Positions 19,285 through 30,199 are shown, counted from the stretch's first letter. The stretch: 64,000 nt of DNA from an uncultured bacterium (GCA_963710755.1 CAVQBK010000003.1:1-64000); one strand, 5' to 3'. The notes: generated by a model from the letters alone, not told the origin. Numbers and translations: made by a program.

Positions 19285-21097
19285 TGGTCAGGATTTCAAT
19301 CACCACGGCATTGATAAAGGAAAGTACCAACGCCAGCAGCAAGGGATAGGAAGCGATGACCCGTTTGGAGCTCTGCATGACCTGGCCGAGCCGTTGCTTG
19401 CCGGCAGTCCAAAACACCATGGCCGCAGTGCCCACCACTAGGGGATTAAGCACCATAAATTGCCGGTCTGTCTCCCCCCGGGAAGTGGCGGTCAGAAAGG
19501 GAACGGCCATGGTAACCAGGGCAATCCAAGGCCAGTAATCGTGATTGTGCTCGCCCCGCCATACCTGAATCAGACGAAGGATGAACAAGGCCGTAATCAC
19601 CGCCCCGGCATGAATGAAATAAGCTGCCGGTGCCAGCCAGGACCAGATGACCCAAGGCCGCAGCTCTGAACCTTTGACATGGGCATAATGCATGGTGTAA
19701 TTGAACATTTTCAGATAATCATATCCACCATGGGTAAGAGCCATCAGCAGACCCAAAGGCAGCAGCACGGCCGCAATCAGTAGCAGGGCCTTGAGCAAGG
19801 CTTCCTTGGTCCACCCCAGAACCGTGCGTTGCCGACGCAGGCCCATGATGGCCAGCATGAATAAGACCGGTACGTATAAGGGCACCACATAACAAAGGGA
19901 CAAGGTGAGCACCAACATCAGACCAGCCCAAATCATCCAATGATAGGCCCGACGGTGCGTGCCCAGAATCACCAGGGCCGTGGCCCAAGCCAAGCAGGCC
20001 GCGTACACTGTGTCCAGGGACGCATAGGCAAAGAGCAGCACATTGGGCAACACAGCATAGAGCGCGGCCATGACATACCCTACCCGGCGATGATAAAGCT
20101 CCCGACCGATCCAGTACATGGGAATGATGGCGGACCAAGCCGCCAGGCCGATCACCAGGGCAATCAGTGTCGGTGAATCGCCGGTAAGCTTGATCAGCAG
20201 CCAGACCAGGACCACGGACAGCGGCGGATGGGTGGAAGGAAAGGAAACCCATTGGTAGATTTCCTGGTTGGCGTAAGTACCCATCATTTTCCAGAGCTCA
20301 GGCCAAGTGGCGTAGGTCTTGGCCACCGTATAATAATGAAAGAACAGGGACTTGACCTGCAGACCCAGCACCGCCAAACCGTCGGTAGACAAGACAGCCA
20401 TCACCAGGGAACCGGCATTGGCCAAAATATAAATGCCCACGATAATCTTCCAATCCTTCATGCTGTCCCCGCGGCGCAGCACCCAGCTATGCCAGACCAG
20501 GAACACCGTCAGATACAGGGCCACCCACCACAAACGTGCCCACTGGGTAAAGGGCAGGCTGCCAAGATAGTTGTTAAGCGTGCCTTCCTGCCGCAGGGGA
20601 AAAAAGAAATGGGTGATGGTCATGGGATCGTATTGCACCAGATATCGTTTAGCCAGCACAATGGTCAACCCCATAAGTAAACCCACCCAGGCCACGCTAA
20701 AAAGCACGGTCAAGGCTGTCACGCTGCGGCTGTCAGAACGGGTTATAGTAGTCAAAGGCTGAGGAGCTTTAAACGGGGGGAACAAAGCGAATACCAATAG
20801 CATGCCCACCAGAAAAAAAGCCATGGTAATCAGGTTGTTGATATTAGCCGAGGCGGAAGACAGATAAGCGCCCCCCACATAAACCGGCAACAATAAGCTG
20901 ATGGCCAGGACCTTGGCCCAGGAACCGGGCTGTTGCGGCTGGGCCAAGCACCAATAGAGCAGAATCAAACTGCCCAGACTGCTGAGCAAGCCGATGATCA
21001 ACTGCAGATCACTTAGGATCAGCACTTGTCCCAACCCAAAGAATAAAAGTGCCACGAAGATCAGCCAGCTGCGTTTAAAAAGATGTTCAAGCGTCAT
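19271..21097 (-). CDS. Polytopic membrane protein, GT-C-fold glycosyltransferase-like
   Basis: Many TM helices, THPPL motif, WIGRELY, S.D in a loop, GE..R near the C-terminus; lies in the GT cluster. Confidence 0.6.
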   Translation of the reverse strand: MTLEHLFKRSWLIFVALLFFGLGQVLILSDLQLIIGLLSSLGSLILLYWCLAQPQQPGSWAKVLAISLLLPVYVGGAYLSSASANINNLITMAFFLVGMLLVFALFPPFKAPQPLTTITRSDSRSVTALTVLFSVAWVGLLMGLTIVLAKRYLVQYDPMTITHFFFPLRQEGTLNNYLGSLPFTQWARLWWVALYLTVFLVWHSWVLRRGDSMKDWKIIVGIYILANAGSLVMAVLSTDGLAVLGLQVKSLFFHYYTVAKTYATWPELWKMMGTYANQEIYQWVSFPSTHPPLSVVLVWLLIKLTGDSPTLIALVIGLAAWSAIIPMYWIGRELYHRRVGYVMAALYAVLPNVLLFAYASLDTVYAACLAWATALVILGTHRRAYHWMIWAGLMLVLTLSLCYVVPLYVPVLFMLAIMGLRRQRTVLGWTKEALLKALLLIAAVLLPLGLLMALTHGGYDYLKMFNYTMHYAHVKGSELRPWVIWSWLAPAAYFIHAGAVITALFILRLIQVWRGEHNHDYWPWIALVTMAVPFLTATSRGETDRQFMVLNPLVVGTAAMVFWTAGKQRLGQVMQSSKRVIASYPLLLALVLSFINAVVIEILTIDHW

Positions 21098-22277
21098 GGT
21101 GTTTTTCCCTCATTGGAGTTTTAGCTGCGCGGGCCTGGCCCACCAGGACCAGGGCGCGTTCCATTACCGTCGACCAATCCAGATCCTTCATATACGCAAG
21201 AGCATTCCGGCGGCATTGCCGCCAAAACTCGTCATCCCTCAGCAACAAACGGCAGGCCTCCACCAAAGAGGACACGTCGTCGTCTATCGCCTTGCCCATG
21301 GGCAGCGCCTCGATCGGTTCGGCAATCCAGGGCACCTTGGTAATCACCACCGGCGTGCCGCAAGCCAGATATTCCTTGGGTTTGCTGGGATCAGCATAAT
21401 AGGTATAGTTGCTGTCCTCCGAGCTGTAAGGCGCCAGGGCCACCCGGCTGATGGCAATCTCCCTAAACAACGCCTCTCCATACCAGATCATGCCCTTAAA
21501 GTCCACCCGCTGAGCCACACCTTCTGCCAGGGCCAACGCTTTCAGGGCCCCTTCATAGGGGCCGGTGCCCACCACCACCAAGTGGGCCTGCGGCAGATGA
21601 GTAAGCGCCCGGATGGCGGTTTGCACACCTTTGCTTTCAAAGAGCGCGCTGACCACAATCAGGCGGTTGGCGATAACCTCTCTCTCGGCAGCGGGCTTGA
21701 CCTCCTTCAAACGCACACCAACCGGCACCAGCACATTGCCTTCCGGCTTGGCGCCAAAACGCTGATGCACGGCCTGCATGCGCTCTGACAAGTTCCAGAT
21801 CATGTCTGCATGACGGGCCGCAAAGGCGCACACCCTTTGATAAACCCAATTAAGAAAGAGAGAAGCAAAGCGCTGATGGGTGTAATCAATCACATAATAA
21901 ACCACAAAATTACCCTTGCCCAACCATTTCAGGACTATACCCACAGCTGCGTGCAAACTGTTGATACCAAAAAACAAGCTGTCTTTTTTCAAGCAGCGCC
22001 AGCCCCAGCGCCATATAAACCAGGCGTCTTTGATCCAGCTGATCACCCCTTTGCTGACATTGGCATGGCCGGCCGCAGCTGCCCGCTCCTGGCCTTGTTC
22101 ATAAAAAGTAATCCTGGCCCCCTTGATGGTGGCATAGTCAAAAGGACAGGTGGCCCAGGCCAGCTGAACGCCTTGGTCCTTCAAGTATTGTTTGAGGATG
22201 TGCTGCGGGCCAAAGGCATCGGCCACATGGGTGGCGGCAAACACATCCACTTTGGGAAAAGAGGCTGCTCGCGTCAT
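21087..22277 (-). CDS. GT4 (GT-B) glycosyltransferase
   Basis: KGVQTAI..LVVVGTG..PSKPKEYLACGTPVV. Confidence 0.85.
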   Translation of the reverse strand: MTRAASFPKVDVFAATHVADAFGPQHILKQYLKDQGVQLAWATCPFDYATIKGARITFYEQGQERAAAAGHANVSKGVISWIKDAWFIWRWGWRCLKKDSLFFGINSLHAAVGIVLKWLGKGNFVVYYVIDYTHQRFASLFLNWVYQRVCAFAARHADMIWNLSERMQAVHQRFGAKPEGNVLVPVGVRLKEVKPAAEREVIANRLIVVSALFESKGVQTAIRALTHLPQAHLVVVGTGPYEGALKALALAEGVAQRVDFKGMIWYGEALFREIAISRVALAPYSSEDSNYTYYADPSKPKEYLACGTPVVITKVPWIAEPIEALPMGKAIDDDVSSLVEACRLLLRDDEFWRQCRRNALAYMKDLDWSTVMERALVLVGQARAAKTPMREKHHDA

Positions 22278-23107
22278 TTGCGGTCTTGGTCCCAACCTAA
22301 TTTGGCCATCATAATGCCGGCCGCACCGGCCGCATACTGACAGCCTTTGAAGAAAAACAAGGCTGCAGTCAAAATCGGATGCTTGACAAACAAGTCTGCC
22401 CGCTTGATATAACCGGGCCGGATCAGGGAAAACTGGCCGACGGCCTTGGCAGGATGGCGCTCAATGTAACGGGGCATGGAAAGCCCGTAATGATAGTATT
22501 TCCGGAAAATCTTTTTCAGGGTGGTCAGTTCATGGTGATAAATAAAGCCTTCATGAAGCAGGCGGTATTTGGCGCCGGCGCCCAGCATGCGGATTTGATA
22601 GTCATAATCCTCGCCGGCCGTGAGGTTGTGATCAAAGCCGCCGATTTTTTTCACCAGGCTTTTACGCACAAAGCGCATCACATGACGTTGCGGATCAGCA
22701 TCATTGGTGATCATTTCCAGGTTGCGGCTCTTGGACCACAAGGTGGTGCCCCGGGAGCGCTCCGGTATCATGAGCCCGTCCAAGCCTTCACGCATGCACG
22801 TTTCATAGGCCAGGTTGACCACGCCCGGCGTGAGTTCCATGTCCGAATCAAGAAACCAGAGGAACTCCCCTTGCGCCGCTTCAATGCCGCGGTTGCGCGA
22901 CGGCGTCATGCCCAGGTTATGTTCATTGACGAGCACCCGCGCTCCCAGGCTGCGGGCTACGTTCGCAGTTTTGTCGCGGGAGCCGTCGTCAACAGCCACC
23001 ACTTCAAAAGGCACGGGACCTTGCCCCTGAGCCGAGCGCAACAACACCGCAATGCCCGCTTCATTATTATAAATGGGGACGACCAGGGATACTTTAGGGT
23101 CTGCCAT
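22274..23107 (-). CDS. GT2 glycosyltransferase
   Basis: VSLVVPIYN, VDDGSRD, SRNRG, FLDSD, GGFD..GEDYD. Confidence 0.9.
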   Translation of the reverse strand: MADPKVSLVVPIYNNEAGIAVLLRSAQGQGPVPFEVVAVDDGSRDKTANVARSLGARVLVNEHNLGMTPSRNRGIEAAQGEFLWFLDSDMELTPGVVNLAYETCMREGLDGLMIPERSRGTTLWSKSRNLEMITNDADPQRHVMRFVRKSLVKKIGGFDHNLTAGEDYDYQIRMLGAGAKYRLLHEGFIYHHELTTLKKIFRKYYHYGLSMPRYIERHPAKAVGQFSLIRPGYIKRADLFVKHPILTAALFFFKGCQYAAGAAGIMMAKLGWDQDRK

Positions 23108-23197
23108 AGCCTGCCTTCAATGGTTATTATCCATCCTTACATTTTGTAGGGAGCCACTATCTTGAATCTTCATTTCTCAGTTTCCTGTTTCCCGTTC

Positions 23198-23950
23198 TCA
23201 ATTTCCCTGCTTGTCATAATATTTTTTCAGCCTTAACCTGTACCACACCGCCATGGTATCCCACCAAATATCAAAAATGGTTTTAACGCCAATATGCCCG
23301 AACTTGGTGTGGTAGTTTACCACCACCGGCGCTTCCGCAATTTTGTAATGGTAATAATGAGCCAGCACCAGCAGCTCCAGGTCAAAGGCATATTTCTTCA
23401 CCAGAATTTTGGGAAACACCTTCTCCAATACAGGACGCTTAAACAGCTTAATGCCGGTCTGAGTATCCTTAATGGGCAGCCCAAACAGAAGCTTAACCAA
23501 AATAAAATAAACCCAGCTCACCACGCGCCTTTTCACCGGATAGTTGAGTACAGTCTGGGGATGGCGTTTGGAACCGATCACAATATCCGCATTTTGATCC
23601 TGAAGAATTTTGTATAAAACCTGAATTTGCCGGGGATGGAGATCCAAATCAGCGTCCAAAAAGAACACCAGCTGACCACGGCTGGATCTGAACCCTTCGC
23701 GCAAAGCATTGCCCTTGCCCTGATTGTTGGAAATCACCACCTTTTTTACTTTGTTATAGTGGCCTTCCAATTCACACATCACGTCAGCAGTGCGGTCCTT
23801 ACTGCCGTCATCAACCAGAATGATCTCAAAAGCTGGATCAAAAGCCTCCATAACCTCCAGGGTCTCACAGATGTTGGCTTTTAGATTCAGGGCTTCATTG
23901 TAGGCCGGCATAATCACGGAAAACCGCGGCTGAGTTTTGTCCTCGGTCAT
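23198..23950 (-). CDS. GT2 dolichyl-phosphate glycosyltransferase-like (DPM/ALG5 type)
   Basis: SVIMPAYNE, VDDGSKD, NQGKG, FLDADL, DTQTGIKLF, AFDLELL. Confidence 0.9.
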   Translation of the reverse strand: MTEDKTQPRFSVIMPAYNEALNLKANICETLEVMEAFDPAFEIILVDDGSKDRTADVMCELEGHYNKVKKVVISNNQGKGNALREGFRSSRGQLVFFLDADLDLHPRQIQVLYKILQDQNADIVIGSKRHPQTVLNYPVKRRVVSWVYFILVKLLFGLPIKDTQTGIKLFKRPVLEKVFPKILVKKYAFDLELLVLAHYYHYKIAEAPVVVNYHTKFGHIGVKTIFDIWWDTMAVWYRLRLKKYYDKQGN

Positions 23951-24051
23951 ATTTGCCCCCCGGAGCTCGAGCATCTAATTACTCAACCTTGAGAGCAATT
24001 AGAAATCATTAACGGAAAATAAAAACAACGACGCACTGGTCCTAACCGGGT

Positions 24052-25350
24052 TTAATTCTCGGCACCCGTTTTACGGCTATCGATTTCAGCCTTACGTCCA
24101 TCCCGGATTATCCCATAGGCGATCACCCCGGCCAGCAGGTGGTTAAGACCCACCAGCAGCACCACCTGCATCAGCGTGGAGTGCCAAAAGAAGAGCGCCC
24201 CTGCCAACAAGGGAATGTCCACGGCCAGGACCATTAAAAAAGTAAGGCTTTTTACGGCCAAACTGTAATAAAGCATCAGGTAAACCATGGCCAAAGGAAT
24301 CATCATCACCGCAAAAGCTCTGACCAAAAACACAGTCTGCCCTTCCAAAAAGGCCTTACCAAAAAGGGTTATGATGATAAGCTCCGGCTGCCACCAAACC
24401 ACCAACCCGCCCAGGAGCAAGGCCCCGGCGGCAAGCAGCATGCTTTTGTGCAGCAACGATAGTGTCGGCATGGCCAGGGCTTTTTCAACGGTCACCTTGG
24501 GGAACATCACCTGGGCAATGGCCAAGGGCAGGAATAAAAAGGCCTTGCCCACAATCGAGGCCGCTGAGTAGAGCCCGGCCGTGGTAGGCTCAAAAAAGTG
24601 TTTGACCAGCATCACATCCATATTGGAGAGCAGGGCGAACATGGTAAATCCGGTCAGCACAGGAAAACTGAACCGGATTAGGTCGCTCAAGCTGACCGCA
24701 CGATGAAAGGCCTGCCGATGGGCGGCCATCCAGCGCAAAGGCACCAACGCCACCAACAAAGTGACCACGCCGGAGAGCGCCGAGGACAAGACCGCACCAT
24801 TGACGCCCCAGGGCAATAGAAAAATCAAGACCCCGCCCAACAGGGCCCGGGTAACGCCGTCGATCAGAATATTGATACCCAAAAGCCCGAATTGCTGCAA
24901 GCCCTGGAAAATGCTCCTGACCACAGGCTGCAGAAACGTTACCCACACAGCCAAAGCCACCATTATCACCGGCCAGATTGAGGTCAGGTGAAAAAATTGC
25001 GCCAACAGGGAACTGCTAAGCACCAGCGCCAAAAAAATAATTCCACCCAGCCAGCCCAAACGTTTACTCACCGTGACCATGAAGGTCACCAGATGATCAT
25101 AGCGCCGGTTCATCTCAGCCAGTGCTACTTCCTTGGCAAAGACCACTTGCAGGGCCTGGGTGGGAATAACCATAACCGTGATGATGCCCAGCATGGTGAC
25201 CAGACTGCCGTAATCCGCAGGGCCCAAACCACGGCTGGCCAGGGCATGAAACACGTAATTGCACAGGTTACCCGCCATGGTCAGGCTGAAAAGCACCCCC
25301 GAGGCTTTTATCAGGCCTGGTTTGGGAAGCGTCGGTGACTGCTGGCTCAC
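24052..25350 (-). CDS. Oligosaccharide flippase (Wzx/MOP family)
   Basis: About 12 TM helices; LG..DYG, FQGLQQF, D..LVKHF..AGLYSA..VMFP; GTG start overlaps the upstream stop. Confidence 0.85.
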   Translation of the reverse strand: MSQQSPTLPKPGLIKASGVLFSLTMAGNLCNYVFHALASRGLGPADYGSLVTMLGIITVMVIPTQALQVVFAKEVALAEMNRRYDHLVTFMVTVSKRLGWLGGIIFLALVLSSSLLAQFFHLTSIWPVIMVALAVWVTFLQPVVRSIFQGLQQFGLLGINILIDGVTRALLGGVLIFLLPWGVNGAVLSSALSGVVTLLVALVPLRWMAAHRQAFHRAVSLSDLIRFSFPVLTGFTMFALLSNMDVMLVKHFFEPTTAGLYSAASIVGKAFLFLPLAIAQVMFPKVTVEKALAMPTLSLLHKSMLLAAGALLLGGLVVWWQPELIIITLFGKAFLEGQTVFLVRAFAVMMIPLAMVYLMLYYSLAVKSLTFLMVLAVDIPLLAGALFFWHSTLMQVVLLVGLNHLLAGVIAYGIIRDGRKAEIDSRKTGAEN

Positions 25351-28300
25351 TTGGCTTCCGGCACCAGGACATTGGTGGGGATGGCGGCTTTCTTGCCGTC
25401 CGGAGGAATCCACCAGAGCTTAAAGAAAGCCTGATAAGATTGCAGGGACCATCGGATTTCCACGGGATAACTGCCGGCTTTCAACGTCACCGGATTTTCA
25501 TAGGGTCCGGAGGGCACGCGCCAACCGGCCGGCGCGCCGCTGGCTTGCACCAGTACCGGCTGTCCGTTAATCTTGAGCTGCGTATACCCACTGGAGGTCA
25601 CCGCAAATTGATAACGTCCGGTCTTGGGAATCTTAATCCTGCCGGTCCAGGTTGCAGAGAGTGGCGGCGGCAGGCCAAAAGGCACATTAAACCAATCAGT
25701 GAAAATTACCGGTTCCACGAACTGCAGCCGGATAGGTCCGCTCCAGTCGGGGGTGGTGTAATAAGTAGCCAATAAGCCGGTGGGCTGAGGATAAGTAAAC
25801 CAATAATCCGCCGGCACGGGTTCCTTATTAAAAGCCTGCTGATGGGTACATTTATACATAAAAAAGTCAATGGCCTCGTCGCTCTTCCAGGATAACAGGC
25901 CTGTGGGTGTGCCGCCCTGGTGCCTGGCCCGGAGGCGAATGGGCATTAACCCTCCCGGCAAAGCCAGGGTTACTTTCTTGGTCTGGCCGGGTCCAACTTG
26001 CAGATGATGGGTGCCCAAGGTCATGTCAATGGCGCTGTTGCCTTGCAAGTAAAACGTATAGTGACGGTAATGAGGTATCCACAAAGTGCCTTCCCATTGG
26101 GCGCTGGCCGTGCCTTTCACCGGCCAGACATCCGCTTCCAGTACTTGGTTAAGATCAGGATCAACTTTTTCCAAAACCGGCCGGCCCTGCCATTGCCCAT
26201 TGGACCAATAGGTGGCCCGCAACCCTTTGACTTCCATCAGCGCTTTGTGAGTCACATTCCAGCTTTGCACCAAAGTGCCAAAATGAGGAATGGTCCTGTC
26301 TTTATACACACCGTCCGGATAATAATACTGCAGGCTGGGAATAATTTCCGAACGGTCTTCCACTGTGACAAAGCTTATGTTTTTATCAGTGGGAAACGTG
26401 ACGGGCATAAAATCAAAACTGCTGTACAGAAACTGAGCATGGGCAGTGCGGGCATAGAGTTCAAATGGCGGATGACCCATCCACCCGTAGGTTGAGACCA
26501 GGCTTAGCCAGTTATCACCCAAACTACCCACGTAGCGGGCCATTTCCGTAAAGCCTGGATCAAAGCGGGGATAAGTGTCAAAGTACTTGTGATAGTTGAT
26601 CTTCCCGGCAGGAATGAGCAGCAGGCCAAAGGTCATGGCACCGATCCAAAGTCCGGGTTTCCCCAGGACCCGGCGCAGCAACTGCTGAGTCTTGGCCAGG
26701 AAATAACCGATCATTAAAAACAAAGCTGGAAAGAGCCCAAAAGAACGGTGTGCCTGCGGGGCCTCGATAGAGAAAACTGAGCCCGACAGGCCTCCTAAAA
26801 ACCAGATGAGCACGATGGCCAATCTAGCCCCCTTCCAGTAGTACACAGTATAGCCGAACCCCAACGCGAACAAGATGGCCGTCCAGAAATCCAGCATGGG
26901 CTCGCCGGACAGGCCGCCATTGTGGCGAGTTCGGTAATCGCCATGCCAGTTCATCATGGTGAAACTCAGCTTGGCTGAATCGAGGAAGCCCTTTTGGGCG
27001 CTGGGCGCGGCATTGGGATCTTCTGAAAAAATAGAGACCTCCTTAACCCGCTGAATTAAAAGATAAGGTTTTTTAGCCATAAGCAGGAAGTAGGCACCAC
27101 CGACCAGCCAGGCTCCCAAAAAGAGAATGGTCACGGCTTTCCAATGACGTTTAAAGAAATGCTTTTGCACGAAAAAGAGGTAAAGCAAGACCACCATGCA
27201 GATAATGGGCACCAGCCGGCCGGCCGTCTCCGTCTGCACGGCATAGGCAAAAGCCGCACCCGACAAGTAGAGGTACCATTTTTTTCGGTCACTGAAACTT
27301 TTGACCAGGAAGTAAAATCCAATGGTCATCATTAAAATCATGAGTGTATTGGCCCAACCAAAGCGGGAAAAATGCAAGTGCCAGCGCGAGATGGCCACCA
27401 AAGCTGCCAGCGCCAGCCCAATGCGGGGACCGAAATACAGACGGCCGATCAGGTGAATGGCCACGATGCTAAGCAGGCCGTAAAACGCCGGAAGTATCCT
27501 GAGGCCCACGTTACCCAGACCGAAAAGATGATGAACCAGGTTGAGGGGAAACAACCAGAAAAGCGGCTGGCTTTGCCAGTGCGCCGTAAGCGAACGGTAG
27601 CCGCCATTAACCATATTGGTAATCACTTGGGCATTACGGGCTGTACCGGCTTCATCTCCCTCCAAGCCTGCGGGCATGACATCCAGCAGATGCAGCCTTA
27701 GCCAGGTAGCACCAATTAAAATCACCACCAAGCCCAGCGCTTCCCAAGGCCAGGCCAGAGGCGATTCCTTGGCCAGTTCCAGAGGTTTTTTTTCCGGCCG
27801 GCCCAGGGCTACTATAATAATAATGATCGCCAGCAAAAATTTGGTTAGTGCCGGCGTCAGCTGTTCATGGGTGATGAGTACCTGGCCCTGATAAGCCAGC
27901 ATCAGAGCCACCACTACTGCGCCCAGCCGCAAGATCTGCCCCACATACGTCAAAAAAGGACCGAAGGACCAACGTGGGCGCTGGACTTTTACCATCCAGG
28001 GAAAAGAAAGCATCAGTGCACCCACAGCCGCCATGAGGTAGATAAAATGATCGCTGTTTAAATGTTTCTGGGCAGCCCCGCGGGCCAGCAGGAAAAACAC
28101 GCCGCTTATCACCACCAGCAGGACCTTGAGGATCACCGCGCTTTTGGTTTTGGCCATGCCCGTATACTGCTCCAGATGTTCCTCGGGGTTGGGTTCAGGA
28201 TCAGGCAGCCGTTTGGGAAAGGTGGCCACAATCAAGGCATTGCCAATGACATGGATGGTCAGGCCAATGAACTCTTTGAATTCCCCTTCCTGCAAAAAGA

Positions 28301-28949
28301 GAAAAAGCAGGTAATCACCAAGCACCATGACCGCCACCCCCAGTAAGGCAAGCCACAGGCTTTTTTGAGATAATTCCAGTTTGCCCAATTCCAGATAAGG
28401 TGTTTTAACTTTCAAGCCATAGGCAAGTAAAAAGGCACCTGCCACCAGCATCAGTGCTGCCGGCAAAAAGGCACCCAGAAAGAGAAACGGCTGGCCTCCG
28501 GCCAGCAAAAGACCGCCAATGATCAGGACTGCGGCCGTGGGGATTTTTATTTCCAGAGCATGCTGGGGCCAAGGCCAGCGCCATACCGGTTTTGATGGTT
28601 CCGTGGTTTCTTGTTGCTGTTCGCTGTCTGCGGTTGGTGCTGGGGTTTCCTCCACGAGGTTGACCTGAGGTTCGGGCAGGCCGGACAACTGGGAAACATG
28701 CGTTTTACCCTTGCTTTGGCCCCACTCGTCCATGGCGGATTTCAATTTGTTCAGCTTAGCAGGCAAGCCAGCGACCCAGGTCATGATCCTGTCCAGGTAC
28801 CAACCCAGAAGCATCAGGCCCAGGGCCGATAAGGTCAACATCAGGCTGAAGACCACTTTCAGATTAAAGAGTTGCACCTGGGCAATAATAAAGGTTAATC
28901 CTGCCAGCCCATAGAGTACCTTGCGCTCAAGGTTTCGCTGTTCGTTCAT
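25347..28949 (-). CDS. Large GT-C (GT39/PMT_2-like) membrane glycosyltransferase with two C-terminal PA14-like domains
   Basis: Many TM helices, LRL..PAGLEGDE, FSRFGW; PA14-like GLRATYW..SAQWEGTL.IP and GLLATYY..SATWTGRIKIPKTGRYQF. Confidence 0.8.
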   Translation of the reverse strand: MNEQRNLERKVLYGLAGLTFIIAQVQLFNLKVVFSLMLTLSALGLMLLGWYLDRIMTWVAGLPAKLNKLKSAMDEWGQSKGKTHVSQLSGLPEPQVNLVEETPAPTADSEQQQETTEPSKPVWRWPWPQHALEIKIPTAAVLIIGGLLLAGGQPFLFLGAFLPAALMLVAGAFLLAYGLKVKTPYLELGKLELSQKSLWLALLGVAVMVLGDYLLFLFLQEGEFKEFIGLTIHVIGNALIVATFPKRLPDPEPNPEEHLEQYTGMAKTKSAVILKVLLVVISGVFFLLARGAAQKHLNSDHFIYLMAAVGALMLSFPWMVKVQRPRWSFGPFLTYVGQILRLGAVVVALMLAYQGQVLITHEQLTPALTKFLLAIIIIIVALGRPEKKPLELAKESPLAWPWEALGLVVILIGATWLRLHLLDVMPAGLEGDEAGTARNAQVITNMVNGGYRSLTAHWQSQPLFWLFPLNLVHHLFGLGNVGLRILPAFYGLLSIVAIHLIGRLYFGPRIGLALAALVAISRWHLHFSRFGWANTLMILMMTIGFYFLVKSFSDRKKWYLYLSGAAFAYAVQTETAGRLVPIICMVVLLYLFFVQKHFFKRHWKAVTILFLGAWLVGGAYFLLMAKKPYLLIQRVKEVSIFSEDPNAAPSAQKGFLDSAKLSFTMMNWHGDYRTRHNGGLSGEPMLDFWTAILFALGFGYTVYYWKGARLAIVLIWFLGGLSGSVFSIEAPQAHRSFGLFPALFLMIGYFLAKTQQLLRRVLGKPGLWIGAMTFGLLLIPAGKINYHKYFDTYPRFDPGFTEMARYVGSLGDNWLSLVSTYGWMGHPPFELYARTAHAQFLYSSFDFMPVTFPTDKNISFVTVEDRSEIIPSLQYYYPDGVYKDRTIPHFGTLVQSWNVTHKALMEVKGLRATYWSNGQWQGRPVLEKVDPDLNQVLEADVWPVKGTASAQWEGTLWIPHYRHYTFYLQGNSAIDMTLGTHHLQVGPGQTKKVTLALPGGLMPIRLRARHQGGTPTGLLSWKSDEAIDFFMYKCTHQQAFNKEPVPADYWFTYPQPTGLLATYYTTPDWSGPIRLQFVEPVIFTDWFNVPFGLPPPLSATWTGRIKIPKTGRYQFAVTSSGYTQLKINGQPVLVQASGAPAGWRVPSGPYENPVTLKAGSYPVEIRWSLQSYQAFFKLWWIPPDGKKAAIPTNVLVPEAK

Positions 28950-29035
28950 GTTCTATGCACCATATCGCAGCTTCAGCCTGCCTTTTATATAGAGATTGGT
29001 CCCCCCAAGATCAACCAGCACGGACCGGGTTTGGT

Positions 29036-30199
29036 TTATCTTTTTTTAATAATGGTATATTGATGCACCCCGGCACCGCCGGACAAATAGATCACCCCGT
29101 CGTTGTCCACGCCAATGGTGGCCGGATAACTGGCAGGCACATCCCACAGCAATTTTCCGCCCAAAGTATAAACCTGTACTTTTTGATTATTGTGTTCACA
29201 GATATACAGCTTATCGCCCAGCACATCCGGTACCGGCAGGCCAAAGGGCTTGAGTTTGAGGGCAAAGGCGGTTTTTAATTTGCCCTTGGAGTTGAATACT
29301 TTAACTTTCTCGTCGGCCAAGGCCACCAGATAAAGATTGCCCTGGCTGTCCACTTTCATTTTGCCGGGATTGCTCATCTCGCCTTGCCCAAAACTTCCAA
29401 TCGGCTGGCCTTCAGGCGTGTATTCATCGATCTGGTTTTTAACGGAGTTGCTGATGTAAACCGTACCCTTTTCCCCCACTGCAATTTCTTTGGGATAGGC
29501 TGCCAGCCAATGACGGACCAGCTTAAACTTATTGTCAAATACAAACACTTCGCTCTGGTTGCGATCCAGGATATAACTGTTCCCGTCTTTATCCAGGTCG
29601 GCACTGTAGGGCTCAAACTTCTCGTTTTGGGCATCAGCGGCCGTGATCTCTTTGAGCAAGACACCGGTCTGAGTATCCCAAAAAAGCACTTTTTTGAAGC
29701 CGCTGTCCACCAGCATGACCCGGTTGCGCCCGCGGTCCACGCGAATGATATTGGGTCCCCAGTATTTGCCTTCCTTATCCGGAGGGCCGCCTCTGGTGCC
29801 GATCACTTTGATCGGTTGCAGGACCCGTTGCTGATCCACCTTGGTTTTAACCACCAGGACGCTTTCTATGGCCACAATGGCAATGACCGCACCCACGATC
29901 AACTGCAACCACGGGCCTTTTTTGGGAGCAATGGGACTGGATTGTACCCCGGCCACGGTTTCCAGGGGTGCCGGCGTTGGTTCTGTTGCCGGCGGTTGGG
30001 GCATCATATTTTCGGGAGCACTCGTCTGTTCCGGCACCAGGTTAGTACCCGTGGGCGCGGTTTTTTTTCGGGTAGTCTTTTTTGCCGGTTGTTGGGCTTG
30101 GTGCTTCGGAGCAGGCACGCCCGCGGCTTGGACGGAGACAGATTTTTTCACGCTTTTCTTAGTGGTTTTTTTAGTGGTCTTTTTTTTATCGGATGGCAT
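29036..30199 (-). CDS. Membrane-anchored NHL-repeat beta-propeller protein with Lys/Thr/Pro-rich N-terminal tail
   Basis: KKKTTKKTTKKSVKK tail, one TM helix, repeats such as DKDGNSYILD and VDSQGNLYLV. Confidence 0.8.
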   Translation of the reverse strand: MPSDKKKTTKKTTKKSVKKSVSVQAAGVPAPKHQAQQPAKKTTRKKTAPTGTNLVPEQTSAPENMMPQPPATEPTPAPLETVAGVQSSPIAPKKGPWLQLIVGAVIAIVAIESVLVVKTKVDQQRVLQPIKVIGTRGGPPDKEGKYWGPNIIRVDRGRNRVMLVDSGFKKVLFWDTQTGVLLKEITAADAQNEKFEPYSADLDKDGNSYILDRNQSEVFVFDNKFKLVRHWLAAYPKEIAVGEKGTVYISNSVKNQIDEYTPEGQPIGSFGQGEMSNPGKMKVDSQGNLYLVALADEKVKVFNSKGKLKTAFALKLKPFGLPVPDVLGDKLYICEHNNQKVQVYTLGGKLLWDVPASYPATIGVDNDGVIYLSGGAGVHQYTIIKKR

